DNA from: Octopus vulgaris
Taxonomy: Eukaryota
NCBI GenBank assembly: GCA_951406725.2
Contig: OX597837.1
Location: 17,484,001 to 17,548,000, forward strand
Length of the DNA: 64,000 nucleotides
Direction of reading: 5' to 3'
Under the pieces are notes generated by a model that worked only from the letters and a program-made list of their open reading frames with translations, made no database searches and was not told where the DNA came from. The stretch's first letter is position 1. Every line of letters begins with the position of its first letter. The translations under genes were made by a program, and so were the position numbers. Positions 37,105 to 50,327 of this stretch are shown here, piece after piece.

Positions 37105-37447
37105 GAAATAGGAAATCCGTTGGAAAAAACAAAAACAGAACAGAGGCGGAGCAAAACAAATCGAACGAGGCTCCTAAGAGCCCATGGCCAAACTGTTTAT
37201 CAATGTATGTTGAAAGCGGGTGGTGGGTGCGTTGAAGATTTTAACGGGTCAGGCAGCGGTCATTCCAGTGGGTGAGAGCACGGGGTGCTTAGATGTTCTT
37301 TGTGACCGAGACTAAAGATCTGACTATTTAAAGAATATTAGGTGTATTATATGGGGCGAGACAAAATCTACTTAGAAACATGTGTGTGTGTACGTAAACA
37401 GCCCTACACAATGGTCACTGCTGTAAAATCAGTAATGGTCACTGCTT

Positions 37448-37788
37448 ACACGGACTCAGATGTCTACGCTTATGTCGGGGCCTCATCGTCAAGATTGGCC
37501 TCACGAATCTCCAACCATTACGCAACTTTTCGAGACGTGAATAAATGCCAGACCACGGGACTTAGCAAGCTAATATGGCGATTGAAGAATACGAACTCAA
37601 GCTACAGACTGGAATGGTCAATTTTGTCGGTGGCCCTCCCATTTGACAGGGGCAGAAGGAAGTGCAACCTTTGTGTCTCCGAACTCTTCCATATATTGTT
37701 CGCCAGAGACCGGATGGTAAACGGACTTTTACAGTCGGCTTTTCGATGCCCCCATTGGCGGCGTTATACTTATCTTGCTTATAAATAA
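37448..37788 (+). pseudogene. GIY-YIG endonuclease C-terminal part (Naiad-type)
   Basis: YVG..SRISNHYATF..TGLSKLIWRLK..LEWSIL..CNLCVSE..CPH. Confidence 0.82.
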
Positions 37789-38359
37789 CGCTTATAAATA
37801 ATACCTGCACCCGGTTACACTACTTATATGAAAATAGCCCTTGGAAATAAATTCTGAAATAGCTTTTAAGAGAAATATGATTAACCATTGCAAGGGGAAT
37901 TACTCCTGGAAGACGAATGGGGGTTTGTTTTTGACGACGAGGGGTTTCTTTGACAAGGCATGATTAGACGAACACACGCACACATAAAATATTTTTCTGC
38001 CACCCGACTGATTTTACAGCAGTGACCATTACTGATTTTACAGCAGTGACCATTGTGTAGGGCTGTTTACGTACACACACACATGTTTCTAAGTAGATTT
38101 TGTCTCGCCCCATATAATACACCTAATATTCTTTAAATAGTCAGATCTTTAGTCTCGGTCACAAAGAACATCTAAGCACCCCGTGCTCTCACCCACTGGA
38201 ATGACCGCTGCCTGACCCGTTAAAATCTTCAACGCACCCACCACCTGCTTTCAACATACATTGATAAACAGTTTGGCCATGGGCTCTTAGGAGCCTCGTT
38301 CGATTTGTTTTGCTCCGCCTCTGTTCTGTTTTTGTTTTTTCAAACGGATTTCCTATTTC

Positions 38360-38439
38360 TTCCTGAAGAGAAAGACACAATATGGTCTCCTTATTCAATC
38401 GGAATTTGGTAAATTGTGCCTTTCGAAACACGTGTAGAA
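38360..38439 (+). ncRNA. type I hammerhead ribozyme with extended stem II
   Basis: TTC-CTGAAGA-GAAAGaCACAAT..ATTGTGcCTTTC-GAAA-CACGT-GTA-GAA; palindromic ACACGTGT; GUA site. Confidence 0.82.
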
Positions 38440-38679
38440 TGCAATAAAACGATTTCTGTTCAATCTTCGTTCAACTCCAATTCTTCAATTCACTAATAAT
38501 ATTATAATTCAATTATCCGCACCAACGCACGGTTGCAACACCATAGGGTTGTACCTCCAACCGTGCTGTCTTCTGCTGTGATTTTTATACCAAGGTATCG
38601 GTTAAACTTTTGATTAATCTGCAACAAGATTATTCATCTTTCTATTTCACAAAATATATATATATACATATATATATAT

Positions 38680-38840
38680 GATGGACTTTTTAAAATTTTT
38701 GTCTACCACATCCACTCACAAAGCTTTTGTCGGCCAGAAGCTATAGCAGAAGACACTTGCCCTAGGTGGCATGCAATGGGGACTGAACCTGGAACCATGT
38801 GGTTGGGATGCAAGCTTCTTACCATACAGCCACGCCTGCA
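38680..38840 (-). mobile_element. tRNA-derived SINE
   Basis: same family as 20550-20700; GGTTCAGTCCC B-box on minus strand. Confidence 0.8.
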
Positions 38841-38887
38841 CCTATATGTGTCTGTGCATGTATATGTATGTATGTGTGTGTATTTAT

Positions 38888-38969
<82 letters not shown>

Positions 38970-38972
<3 letters not shown>

Positions 38973-39135
38973 GGGAAAACAAAAGACGAAGACATGTGGT
39001 GTACAAAACAAACAGATGTATTAGCATAACGCTCAGGAATAGAAAAAAGTCCTTTACGTTTCGAGCCTACGCTCTTCTACAGAAAGGTACAAAGAAAAAT
39101 CAAGGAGAGAAAAAAATGTGTATAGTGGCTAACGA
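38970..39135 (-). mobile_element. PLE pLTR fragment related to 54330-54560, with variant HHR at 39051-39087
   Basis: shared TTTACGTTTCGAGCCTACGCTCTTC; sits in (TA)n. Confidence 0.75.
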
Positions 39136-39147
39136 TCTATCTATCTA

Positions 39148-40312
<1,165 letters not shown>

Positions 40313-41836
40313 TATCATTCAACTACGGTGGTAGTTGAATAATATTCTTAAGGTCGCAAGCAGCTTCTTTTGATGAATTTTGCTTTTGGACTGTGTTTTG
40401 GTGGCTCGTCTTTGTCCAGCCATTGTGCTGAATGTTTACGGTTGTTGTACTGGTGCATCTGTTTCCCTCTTGAACCATGAGAAACAGTTAAGTAGGTGAC
40501 TAAAAGCATTCTCTTTGGCATGTTTCTTCATATACCAAAACACATAACTCTAAATCCCCCAACTACGCTGCTGTAGTACAAACTGACAACACGGCCTACA
40601 GTACTTGAGAAAATTAAACAATCGAATGAATAACTTTAACTACCACCATAACACCTTTATTCGAAAGACGCCTTCCTGCATTACAGAACACGCAAAGTTT
40701 CCCACTTCCTACATTGCAATCAACTTTTCTGATCTTTGCCAAGAGGACCTCAACCAACTTTAACGTACCTGCTCTCTTCCATTTTTCAGTTATGCTGGAC
40801 TTCCACTGAGATTTCTACATTCACTGTCCGCCTTGTAGCCACCTTCACAATGCTCGTACTGGGTGAAATTCCTCTAAATATCCTCCACTCTATACCACCA
40901 GGTTCGCCGCCACACACACATACACACCAAGTGCTAAAACACCTCTACGTAGTTGCTTCAAGCAAACAAGGCTGTCGGCCGCCTGCAGCCTTGACACTGC
41001 TCCTATTTACCATCAAATAATGCATCCTAGAGCTGGCCCCTACGTTCCTCTTCTTTCTCTCTTCCTTCCCCCTCTCTCGACCCCACCTCTCTCTAGCTTC
41101 CTTACTTGTGTGATCCTCATACAACCAAACACCTCACGACAAAGCTTCATTGATCCTTTAAATAAAGACTTCAAAGACATACTCGGCCATGTCATAGCAC
41201 AGCCATAGCACACATTGTCGTCGCCATTGTCATCGTCATTCGCTGTTAGCAGCAGTGCGAGGATATGATCATCATCATGTATCAACTACAACTTACCAGT
41301 TGTGTGAGAAACGATGACGTATGTAAAGAAATAAGAAACGATGACGTATGCCCAATAATAAGCCATTCCATCATCAGTATCCTCAACTCATCGACAATTG
41401 CGGCACAACTTCATCATGACCTGATGAAAGTTTATGAAGGACACCAGGCTCCCTGTTTTCTAGACAGATGATTTCCAATCTTATTTTGTCGTGCGACTTT
41501 TAATACGATTTTCCGAAAATCACTGAATACATTCTTGAAAACATTTTACAGACAAGCCCCTCCACCCTAGTGTTAATAAGACACTAAATGAAACAAAAAT
41601 TGTCACGGAGAGGAAATTTATTCATCAAGAAGAAATTTAATTACATATTTTGAAAATGGTGAATACCAATTTTATAAAGAAATATGTTGATCTTTCGTAT
41701 CGTGTACATATAATGGCCGACATCAAAATGAAAGGAAAATGATTGCCAAACCATTACACGGTAAACCAGTCGTCATTTCATAGATCCCAACGATGCAACG
41801 TTACATATGAACACTTCAGAAGGCACAGGGAGTGGT

Positions 41837-43484
41837 TGTTAGTTAGTTAGTTAATTTGGCTCAAAAGCAAATAGCAAGGCCATGTAGGGGGACATGGAGT
41901 TAAGTACAGGGTGGTGTTCATGTAAAGAGTTCAGGCCACTTGAGGTCCAAGGAGGCTTTGAACAAAGCGGTCGTCGGCATCTTCACCATCTCATCTGGCA
42001 GCTTGTTCCACGGATCCGCAACCCGGACGGAGAAAGCTCCTCTCCTTCGATTGAGATGAAATCGTCGCAGGTAGAGCTTTTCGGAATGACCCCGCAGCCA
42101 ACGCTCCGGAGCAGGAGTGAAGAACAGCTCTTTCGAGAGGTTACACTTCCCGCTTATGATGTTGTGGGCGAGAATGAGATCACCACGGCGGCGGCGTTTT
42201 TCAAGAGAATAAAGGTCGAGCGTCCTCAGCCTTTCTTCGTAGGACAAATTTTTGAGACCATGAACCAGGCGGGTAGCCAGCCTCTGGACTCTTTCGAGGT
42301 GCTGTATGTCTTTGAGGAGATAAGGAGAAGAGGCTTGAATCCCATACTCCAATATGGGTCTCACCAGCGTGACATAGAGTGGCAGGAATATGGCTGCTGT
42401 GAGCACTCCGAATGACCGTCGAATCAAAAACAGAATTCCGCGCGCTTTGTTGGCAGCATGGACGCACTGGGCCGAAGGCGAAAAGGAGGAATCCACCAAG
42501 ATACCCAGGTCCTTTACCTGATCGGTCCTCTCCAGCAGCAGACGACCCAGCTCGAAATCAAGTTGAGTTGTAGGAGTAGAGCCGACAGGCAGATGACAGC
42601 ACTTTGACACGTTCAGACACAGGTCCCAGTCGTTAGACCACTTCCAAATTTGGTGGAGGCATCGACGAAGATCCTCTATACTACCGCGAGGAGCGACCAG
42701 TTTGATATCGTCGGCAAATAGAAGGGTGTGTTGCGTGAGGTCGTCGGGCAAGTCATTTATGAAGACTAAGAACAACAAGGGCCCAAGCACTGAACCTTGA
42801 GGCACGCCACTGCTCGCACTGGAGACGTCGGACCGCGAACCATTAACTTGAACTTGGAAGGAGCGATCTGAGAGGAAGGCACCAACCCATCGTACAATAT
42901 CCGGATGGAAACTATATGCTTGAAGCTTGACAAGTAGTAGGCGGTGGTTTACCGAGTCAGAAGCTTTGGCAAAGTCCAATAAAACGATGTCAACAGCATC
43001 ACTATCATCGAGGATGCGCGTCAGCAATTCTTCCATTACTAGTAAGTTGGTCAAGCATGATCTCTTCGGCACGAAGCCGTGTTGGGAATCAGTGATCGAG
43101 GCTGTGCTTAGGAGGTGGAGCATCATACTTTTCTTAAGGATGGTTTCGAACATCTTGCTGATTATTGATGTAAGGGAAACCGGTCGGTAGTTAAGCGGGT
43201 CTTCGCGGCTCCCTTTCTTGAAAATTGGGCAGATTATCGCTGTTCTCCAGTCTGCAGGTATAACACCCGTCGCCAATGACATATTGAATAGTCGTGTTAA
43301 GGGCTCGCAGATGACCGGAGCCAACGCTTTGATAACCCGTGGGTGTATGCCGTCAGGGCCGTGACCCTTGTTGACATCGAGGCCTTGAATAACACGTTTG
43401 ACTTGGTCCCGCGTGATGATCAATCGAAGCATTGGAGGTACCGATCTATCAAATGGAGGGGGTTCACGACCATTGTGTACCATT
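41837..43484 (-). mobile_element. 5'-truncated CR1-clade LINE with (TAAC)n tail
   Basis: RT frame, short 3' UTR, then TAACTAACTAAC. Confidence 0.92.
41918..43483 (-). CDS. CR1-type reverse transcriptase, open 521-codon frame lacking the endonuclease
   Basis: GPDGIHP, NYRPVSLTS, QHGF, DFAKASDSV, GVPQGSVLGPLLF, FADD, DLGI, LERVQR, RRRRGDL. Confidence 0.9.
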   Translation of the reverse strand: MVHNGREPPPFDRSVPPMLRLIITRDQVKRVIQGLDVNKGHGPDGIHPRVIKALAPVICEPLTRLFNMSLATGVIPADWRTAIICPIFKKGSREDPLNYRPVSLTSIISKMFETILKKSMMLHLLSTASITDSQHGFVPKRSCLTNLLVMEELLTRILDDSDAVDIVLLDFAKASDSVNHRLLLVKLQAYSFHPDIVRWVGAFLSDRSFQVQVNGSRSDVSSASSGVPQGSVLGPLLFLVFINDLPDDLTQHTLLFADDIKLVAPRGSIEDLRRCLHQIWKWSNDWDLCLNVSKCCHLPVGSTPTTQLDFELGRLLLERTDQVKDLGILVDSSFSPSAQCVHAANKARGILFLIRRSFGVLTAAIFLPLYVTLVRPILEYGIQASSPYLLKDIQHLERVQRLATRLVHGLKNLSYEERLRTLDLYSLEKRRRRGDLILAHNIISGKCNLSKELFFTPAPERWLRGHSEKLYLRRFHLNRRRGAFSVRVADPWNKLPDEMVKMPTTALFKASLDLKWPELFT

Positions 43485-44924
43485 TTAGGCTGTAAAAAAT
43501 AGGAAAATAAAATACGAAAGAAACGGAAGTGACGACGATAAATTTGGAAATAAATTAAAGTGATAGGAAGAAATTCACAAATAACAAAGCGAAGAGGGAA
43601 CTAAGAAATTAAGATAGAAAAAAAACAAATGGAACTAAAACAAAGGAAAAATTGCATGTGTGTGGTGTTATGTCTACAGGCACCGATGTTCCGAATAGTA
43701 GTGAGATATTGTTTCGCATATAACAACTGAAGTTCACCACTTCAGACTAGCAACAGAACGTTGATGTGGAACAAGTGGTACGTTGTTCTTCAACAACACA
43801 TGTGTATGGTAAATTCAACCAGTAGGATATTTAATTTGCTGAATAAATGAATTTTATAAGTTTATGTAAATACTTCTTCCTGTTACATAAACATATTCAG
43901 TAAGCTTCAAACTTATATTTTTCTTTCTATCCTTTTCATTTCTTTCCAATTTGATTGTCGTCACTTCCGTTATTTCAGTTTGTTTTTTTTGTTTAAAAGA
44001 GTACATAAGGCATGAAGCGTCGTCAAAAGTAAATATCACCCCATGCAAGGAACTTCAGACAATCTCTTCTCAACTTGTAAAGGTTTACCTATCATCATTT
44101 TCACAAACATTCAGTATTGGTGGTGGTGTTTGGCAGTTGCCTTCCAGTCACTCTGTTGTCCACCATTATATGTACATAGAACGAAAGCTCGCATTTAAAA
44201 AGAATATATTTTTAAAAGCACCTATTCTCGTGAAACACCAGATTCTTTTTTCTTTTTTAATTGAAACCGACTCTGAAAATCATTGATCTAGGTCACGATG
44301 TTGGCCAGCTGGTGGAAGTTGCCATATCACTTTTCGCTATATTTGAGGCGATAAACTATATTGTATAATCACTTCCACAACATCGCTATCGTGAGAATTA
44401 TTCAACCTGCAAAATTCTTCTGTATAGCAGGGTTCGTTTGTTGTAACAAACATGTGCCTGAACTATTTATTTTCTAGATTTTAATAAGAAGGAGGTAGGG
44501 AATACAATATAAGAGTGCTGCTTAATGTGTCATTCTGCAGATATGTGGTTATCTTAGTGAAAGACGTGAGAGGATGTTTGTTGCTGAGACATGGAATCAG
44601 ACTATAATGAACAATCGAAGGAAAAGTTGGGGACGGACACGTAATCAAAATTTAAGCTGAACAACATGATAAGGTGATATATTGCCTTTTGCGATAGAAT
44701 TGAAGTATGTGTTACGAAGAATTGTAGTGTGTGTTACGAAGAATTGTAGTATGTGTTACGAAGAGGGTGTGGATAGATATGCTTTGTGTAGATAAAGGAC
44801 AGAGAGAGATGGGGGAAAGGAAACAATTATAATGAGAGAAAACTTGGGCTTTTTTTAGCATTTCTGTTGTTTATCTGAGAATATTTCCTTCTCCATTACT
44901 TAATACTCGACATTATTACATCAG

Positions 44925-45050
44925 CCTACTCCACCAAGGTCGACTTTGCCTTTCATCCTTTCGGGGTCGATAAAGTAAGTACCAGTTGTGTACTGGAGTC
45001 GATCTAATCGACTGGCCCATTCCCCACAAATTTCAGGCCTTGTGCCTATT
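44925..45050 (+). mobile_element. SINE fragment (Nin/Deu-like)
   Basis: GGTCGACTTTGCCTTTCATCCTTTCGGGGTCGATAAAGTAAGTACCAG. Confidence 0.85.
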
Positions 45051-45300
45051 TCCAAGCAGAGATTTTAAGAACACTGCTTTCTAAGTACAGCGGCATAAGA
45101 CTAGCTACATCTTCAATACTCTGCAGTTTCGCCACGTATTTCACGGTTTTTATCGAGGTCACCACATCGCCTTCCCCAGCAAATGGCCTCAATACATTAC
45201 TGCTGATTCTGATTTTTTTGTGGTCTTCGCGCGTCGGCGATTGAAAGGTAGGAGCGCAAAAACAAGAAGGACAAAAATTTGAAGAAAGACGAAAAGGATT

Positions 45301-45790
45301 TAGTTAAGGTATATGCAACTAAATCAACGGAGAGCAAAAGTGTGTTACTTTAGGATTTATTTTCTTACATTTGGTTATACACCGTGAGGGTGAAAGCAAT
45401 CGGCCGACTCATGCTTCGTCCTGCGAACCGGGCGTCCCTTTCACTAGCTAGCCCGCAGTGCAGTTCCTGTCAACAGTTCGTCTGTTCTAAGTCTTTGGGC
45501 AATGCCCTACATATAGCTACCCCCACCCCCAGAACTGTTCACTGTCATTGGAAATGGGAAGGTGTTTTAACCACCCTGCCCGTGCGTGTGGTTTTTCGGC
45601 ACTTTGGTGACTGTTCGTTGTCAAGGGTTGGGGTGATTTGGTGGTTGAGCTACTTGGATGAGGCTGTCAATATCAAGACGGGCAGGTTTCAATCTATCGA
45701 TGGAAACCATGTCTTGTCGTCCGCTAATCAGGAGTTGGAACGATTTGTCTCCCAGGCATATCACTTCGTAAGGATCATTGGGTACGGATG
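45301..45790 (-). mobile_element. Gypsy 3' fragment (integrase tail, PPT and LTR), relative of the 56.8-61.0 kb element
   Basis: VSIDRLKPA; PPT GGGGGTGGGGG; LTR about 45301-45511 similar to 56818-57061. Confidence 0.8.
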
Positions 45791-46048
45791 ATTTAAGTGT
45801 ACCATGTTGTAGTGAATCTTGCATGCATGAAGTGGATTCGATCCACCATAGCCATACCGATATACATGTTATGTGCGTCGGCATATACGTGGGTGCGCTC
45901 ATCAATTTTTTTCCCCTTTAAATTCTGATACAATCGTAATCTATACTACCTGATAGGTATTTGTAGAAAATTTCATTAAAAAAATATCCAGTTTTCTTAA
46001 AGTTATGGGGAAACAAATTCTGGAGGTAGAGACACAATTATGTGGGTA

Positions 46049-46110
<62 letters not shown>

Positions 46111-46589
46111 GTATGGTAGAAGAGTTCAGCAAAAATTTAGATTCAGATGAATATGGTACTTAAGTTGAGGTGCCAGAATTTAGTACAGTATTATTCATAC
46201 AATTTCAAAGTAAGGTGATTAAAATCAAAATAAGCATTACCTCTGGATATCCTTGTTGCTTATTTTGATATATATATATATATATATAGATGTAGTGGAT
46301 CTTGCATGCATGAAGTGGATTCGATCCACCATAACCAAATTTAAATTAACACTGCAACAGAACTTTTCCCACGGTGGAACAATGGTTCTTCTCTGACAGC
46401 AGTTTTACATTTTCCAGATGCCTTTAGCTAGGCTGAAATAATGGCTGCACCACTTGACCATTTCTAACCTGTTCTACTTCACCAAAAGCTAGAATAGAGA
46501 TAACAAGACCACTAACTAAATCTATTGTTCTCAATGATATATCTATCCTTCTGGATAGTTATATAAACCAGCACATACCAAGCAAAAAT

Positions 46590-49500
46590 TAGTTTCGTGC
46601 TGCAGAACGACGTCGGTAGCAGCGACTGCAACAACGAAAAGTGGCCGAGCAAGGAGCAGCGGGGAGAGGTCAAACAAGGAACGTGTGCGACCATTCAAAG
46701 GACAGTGTTTCCGGTGTCAGGGCCCACACATGGTACGAGACTGCTTTCACCCAAGCCTGAGGTCATTTGCTACCGGTGTCGAGAAACGGGGCATATAGCC
46801 AGCGAATGTCTGCGGGGAAACGGTCTGGGGAGACTACTGCGCCAGTAGTTGTCCCTTTGGATCAATAGAGGCGCGTTTATTGTCATTACCTGTATTCGAC
46901 ATTTTGGTGGAGGGGAAAATGTTGCGAGCCTTTGTGGACACGGGCTGTACGACAACCATAATGACACCAGAAGTGGTAGAGACGTGGAGTGGAGAAAGCA
47001 GTGTAAGAGTAGTCGACGGAAGAGAGGTACACTGTGAAGGCATTACAGATGCACAGATTGTGGTGCAGGGAATAAGGCTGACGTTGCGAGCAATTGTGGT
47101 TGGCCACTTGGTGGACGAGATTGACGTGGTGATGGGGATGGATGCAATCACACCGTTAACGAGGCCGGTGTAACGTTTGGGTTTGCGGGGAAACCGTGTA
47201 TGGCGAGACCATGCACTGGTGACAACCGTGAGGAAAAGCATACTACACACGCCATTGAAGACCAGGACTTTCAGGCTGCCTTCGATGGCCAGAGGTGGAC
47301 AGTGGAGTGGCACTGGAAGGGAGAGCCCCCGACGTTAAAGAATAAGGTGGGCTGCTATCAGCATACTCTATGTGGTGTCGGTGGAGAGGATGACAGATAA
47401 AGGAGGGCGGAAGTAGGGCTTGCAGGGGCCCGGTGGAAGACTGGAGGGCGCATGTACGCGGGGAAGCGGAAGCGGTCAAGTGGGACGCACGTGTGGTGAT
47501 CGAGGAAGCGACAGTTTGAGCATAGACGAGGAAGCGACAGGACGTATCGACTTCGTAAGAGACCTGATCTTCGCCGAGGTAAGACCTGTTTGTATTTCTT
47601 CTCCTTCTCCTTCTGTTGTCCTCTTCATCCATCACACTACACTCTAAAAGGAGATGCCAGAAGTGAGTTCGAGAGGGAGGTGGAGCGGTGGATTAAGGAA
47701 GGCATATTGATCCCTTGGGAAAAAGAAGAGAGCGGAGTCCTGCCACTGATGGCGGTGATACAGCCCACAAAGCATAAGGTCAGGCCAGTGCTTGACTTCC
47801 GAGAGCTGAATGACCACGTATCATGTCATACAGGCAGCGAGGCCACGGATGTCTGCGGAGACACCTTGCGAGAGTGGAGGCAGATGACAGGGGCCTCCAT
47901 GATTGTTGATTTGAAGTCGGCATACCTACAGGTGCATGTGGCTGAGAAACTGTGGAAGTATCAGCTTGTCAGGTATAAGGACCGGGCGTACTGTCTGACC
48001 AGGTTGGGGTTCGGGCTGAATTCAGCGCCAAAGATTATGGCAACAATTCTCAAGGTCATCCTGGGAAAGGTGGACAGAGTAAAAAAGGCCACCAATTCGT
48101 ACATTGATGATATTCTGATGGATGAAACCGTAATACCAGCAACGGAAGTCATAGGCCACCTGAAGAGTTTGGGACTGATCGCCAAGCCACCAGAGGCAAT
48201 GGAGGGTGGTTCTGCACTGGGCCTCAAGCTATGAAGAGACAAGGCCGGCGCGTTGGTGTTCCGGCGAGGGAACGAGATCCCCGAACTGGGCGCCAGCATT
48301 AGTAGATGGGAACTGTTCTCGGTGTGTGGGAGGCTGATGGGACACTACCTGGTTGCAGGATGGCTCCGGACAGCATGTAGCATTATCAAGAGACGAGCCG
48401 AAGGAGTGAAGTGGGACGATAGAGTGGGGGAGAAGACAACCGACATGATACAGGAAGTCTTGGTCAGAGTAAGAGCAGAGGATCCACTGAGGGGCAGTTG
48501 GTATGTTCCCAAATCAAAGAGCGGGATTGCATGGTGCGACGCCAGTAGCATCGCAATAGGGGTTGTCTTTGAAGTGGGAGGTGTCATGGTGGAAGATGCA
48601 GCCTGGCTCAAGAAGACGGATGACTGCAATCATATCAATGTGGCGGAGTTGGATGCCGTGTTGAAGGGAGTGAACCTAGCCTTGAAGTGGGGGTTGCACA
48701 CCATAGAAATCAGGACTGATTCGGCCACTGTACTTGGTTGTGTGACAGCAGTCATCACCAATGAGTGGAGGGTGCGAACCAAAGGGGCTGCAGAGATGCT
48801 GGTAAAGCGTCGATTTGGGATACTGCGTGAACTAACCACTGAGTTCAATCTGAAGCTGAGCGTGATCTTTGTGCCTTCCGAGAAGAACAGGGCAGACGTC
48901 CTGACCAGGGTAAAGCGAGTCTGGTTGCAGGTGCTAGAGAATGCGAAGCAGGCTGTAGCTGCAGTATGCCGTCTGAGTGACTCGGAGTTGAGGAGATTGC
49001 ATACCATGCATCACATGGGGGTGGACAGAACGTTGTTCCTAGCCAGGAAAGTTGACTCCAATGTAACAAGACGGAGCGTGCAGAGAGTGGTTAGCAGTTG
49101 TGACAGATGCCAGTCCATCGACCCTGCTCCGGGCGTACATGAGGCAGGAAGTATTCCAGTGGACCACGACTAGAGACGACTGGCGGTGGACATAACACAC
49201 TACCGGCAGGGGACATACCTCTCAATGGTTGACTGCGGACCAGGGCGGTTGGCCATATGGAGGGAGATGAAGACGGGGACTGCAGAAGAAATTATGAAAG
49301 TGTTAAATGAGATATTCCTGGAACGAGGCCCCGTGGATGAACTGCTTCTGGATAATGGCACTGCATTTCGCTCGGAGGTGCTGAAAGAAATGCTTGTTGG
49401 GTGGACGGTCAACCGCTTCTTCAGGGCGGCATACCGGCCAAGTGGAATGGGGTGGTGGAAAGGCATTATCGTACCATCAAGACCATGGCAGAGAGGGGCC

Positions 49501-50327
49501 ACATTTCACCAATCAAGGCCGTATTTTGGTACAATATGTCGCCCAGGTCAGGACAGGCTGAGGAGTCGGTGCCACACAGGGCAGTATTCAGGTACAAGTG
49601 GAGGCATCCATGTACTGCATCAATGCGATCCGGGGCAGAGGAAGAGCACGCCTTCGTGCAGGTCGGGGAAGAAGTTTGGGTAAAACCCCCAAACGCACGG
49701 TGTACATCACGATGGGGAAAGGGAACAATAACCTCCATCAATTCGAAGAACAACGTCTCTGTCGATGGTATGGCACACCACGTTTTAGATGTACGGAATA
49801 TTGTCCATGCCTCAGACGATGGAACCAGCAGCAGTGGGCAAGAAGATGAAGACAAGAACAGTAGACAAGATGATGAAGCCAGCAGTAACATGCCAGGAAC
49901 TCAGGCCAGTCCTGGGGACGTACTGCGACCACAGAGAGAGAGCGGCACCCTCCTCCCTGGTTGGTTGATTATGAAACCAGTTAAGGTGTGAGTTCGGGAG
50001 CGGTTGAGTGATCTGTAGATTAGGTGGGCGTGTGGTGTTAGCGGTGTTATGGGCTGTGATGAGCTATGTGGTGTTGGTGGAGAAGATTACAGATGAGGTG
50101 AACGGAAGTAAGGCTTGCAGGGGCCGGCGGAAGAGTGAAAGGGGCATGCGTGGGCAGGAAGCCCGTGTGGTCAGCAAGCACGTGTGGCCAGTTCCAGCAA
50201 AGAGCGCAGAGCGACAAGACGTGTTGAATTCGTGAGAGTGACCGCTGATTTCGCCGAGATAAAGCCTTTTGTATTTCTTTCTCCCGTTGCTTCTTTTTCT
50301 GTTGTCCTTTTCCTCCATCACACTACA
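46590..50327 (+). mobile_element. Ty3/Gypsy element, 5'-truncated, with few lesions
   Basis: gag CYRCRETGHIASEC; protease FVDTG; RT RPVLDFRELN, DLKSAY, LGFGL, YIDD; RNase H WCDAS; integrase HHMG..CDRC, LLDNG, NGVVER; PPT near 50021; LTR 50031-50327 (TG..CA). Confidence 0.92.
47371..47641 (+). mobile_element. solo LTR nested in pol, with 5-bp TSD
   Basis: TGTGGTGT...ACACTACA; CTCTA at 47366-47370 and 47642-47646; similar to 50067-50327. Confidence 0.92.

Larger units (their letters stand above)
36960..38655 (+). mobile_element. 5'-truncated Naiad-type PLE with inverted pseudo-LTR
   Basis: 36960-37447 is the reverse complement of about 38015-38505; between them lies a GIY-YIG C-terminal frame; (TA)n flanks. 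Confidence 0.88.

Noticed and set aside
37790-38010. SECIS element in the Naiad 3' UTR
   Set aside because: An ATGA..AAA..GA pattern near 37828 has a poor stem, and no in-frame TGA at a Cys position is visible
37033-38431. Duplicated 80-aa ORF
   Set aside because: By-product of the inverted pLTR; no motif
41894-42415. 173-aa plus-strand ORF
   Set aside because: Antisense shadow of the CR1 RT frame
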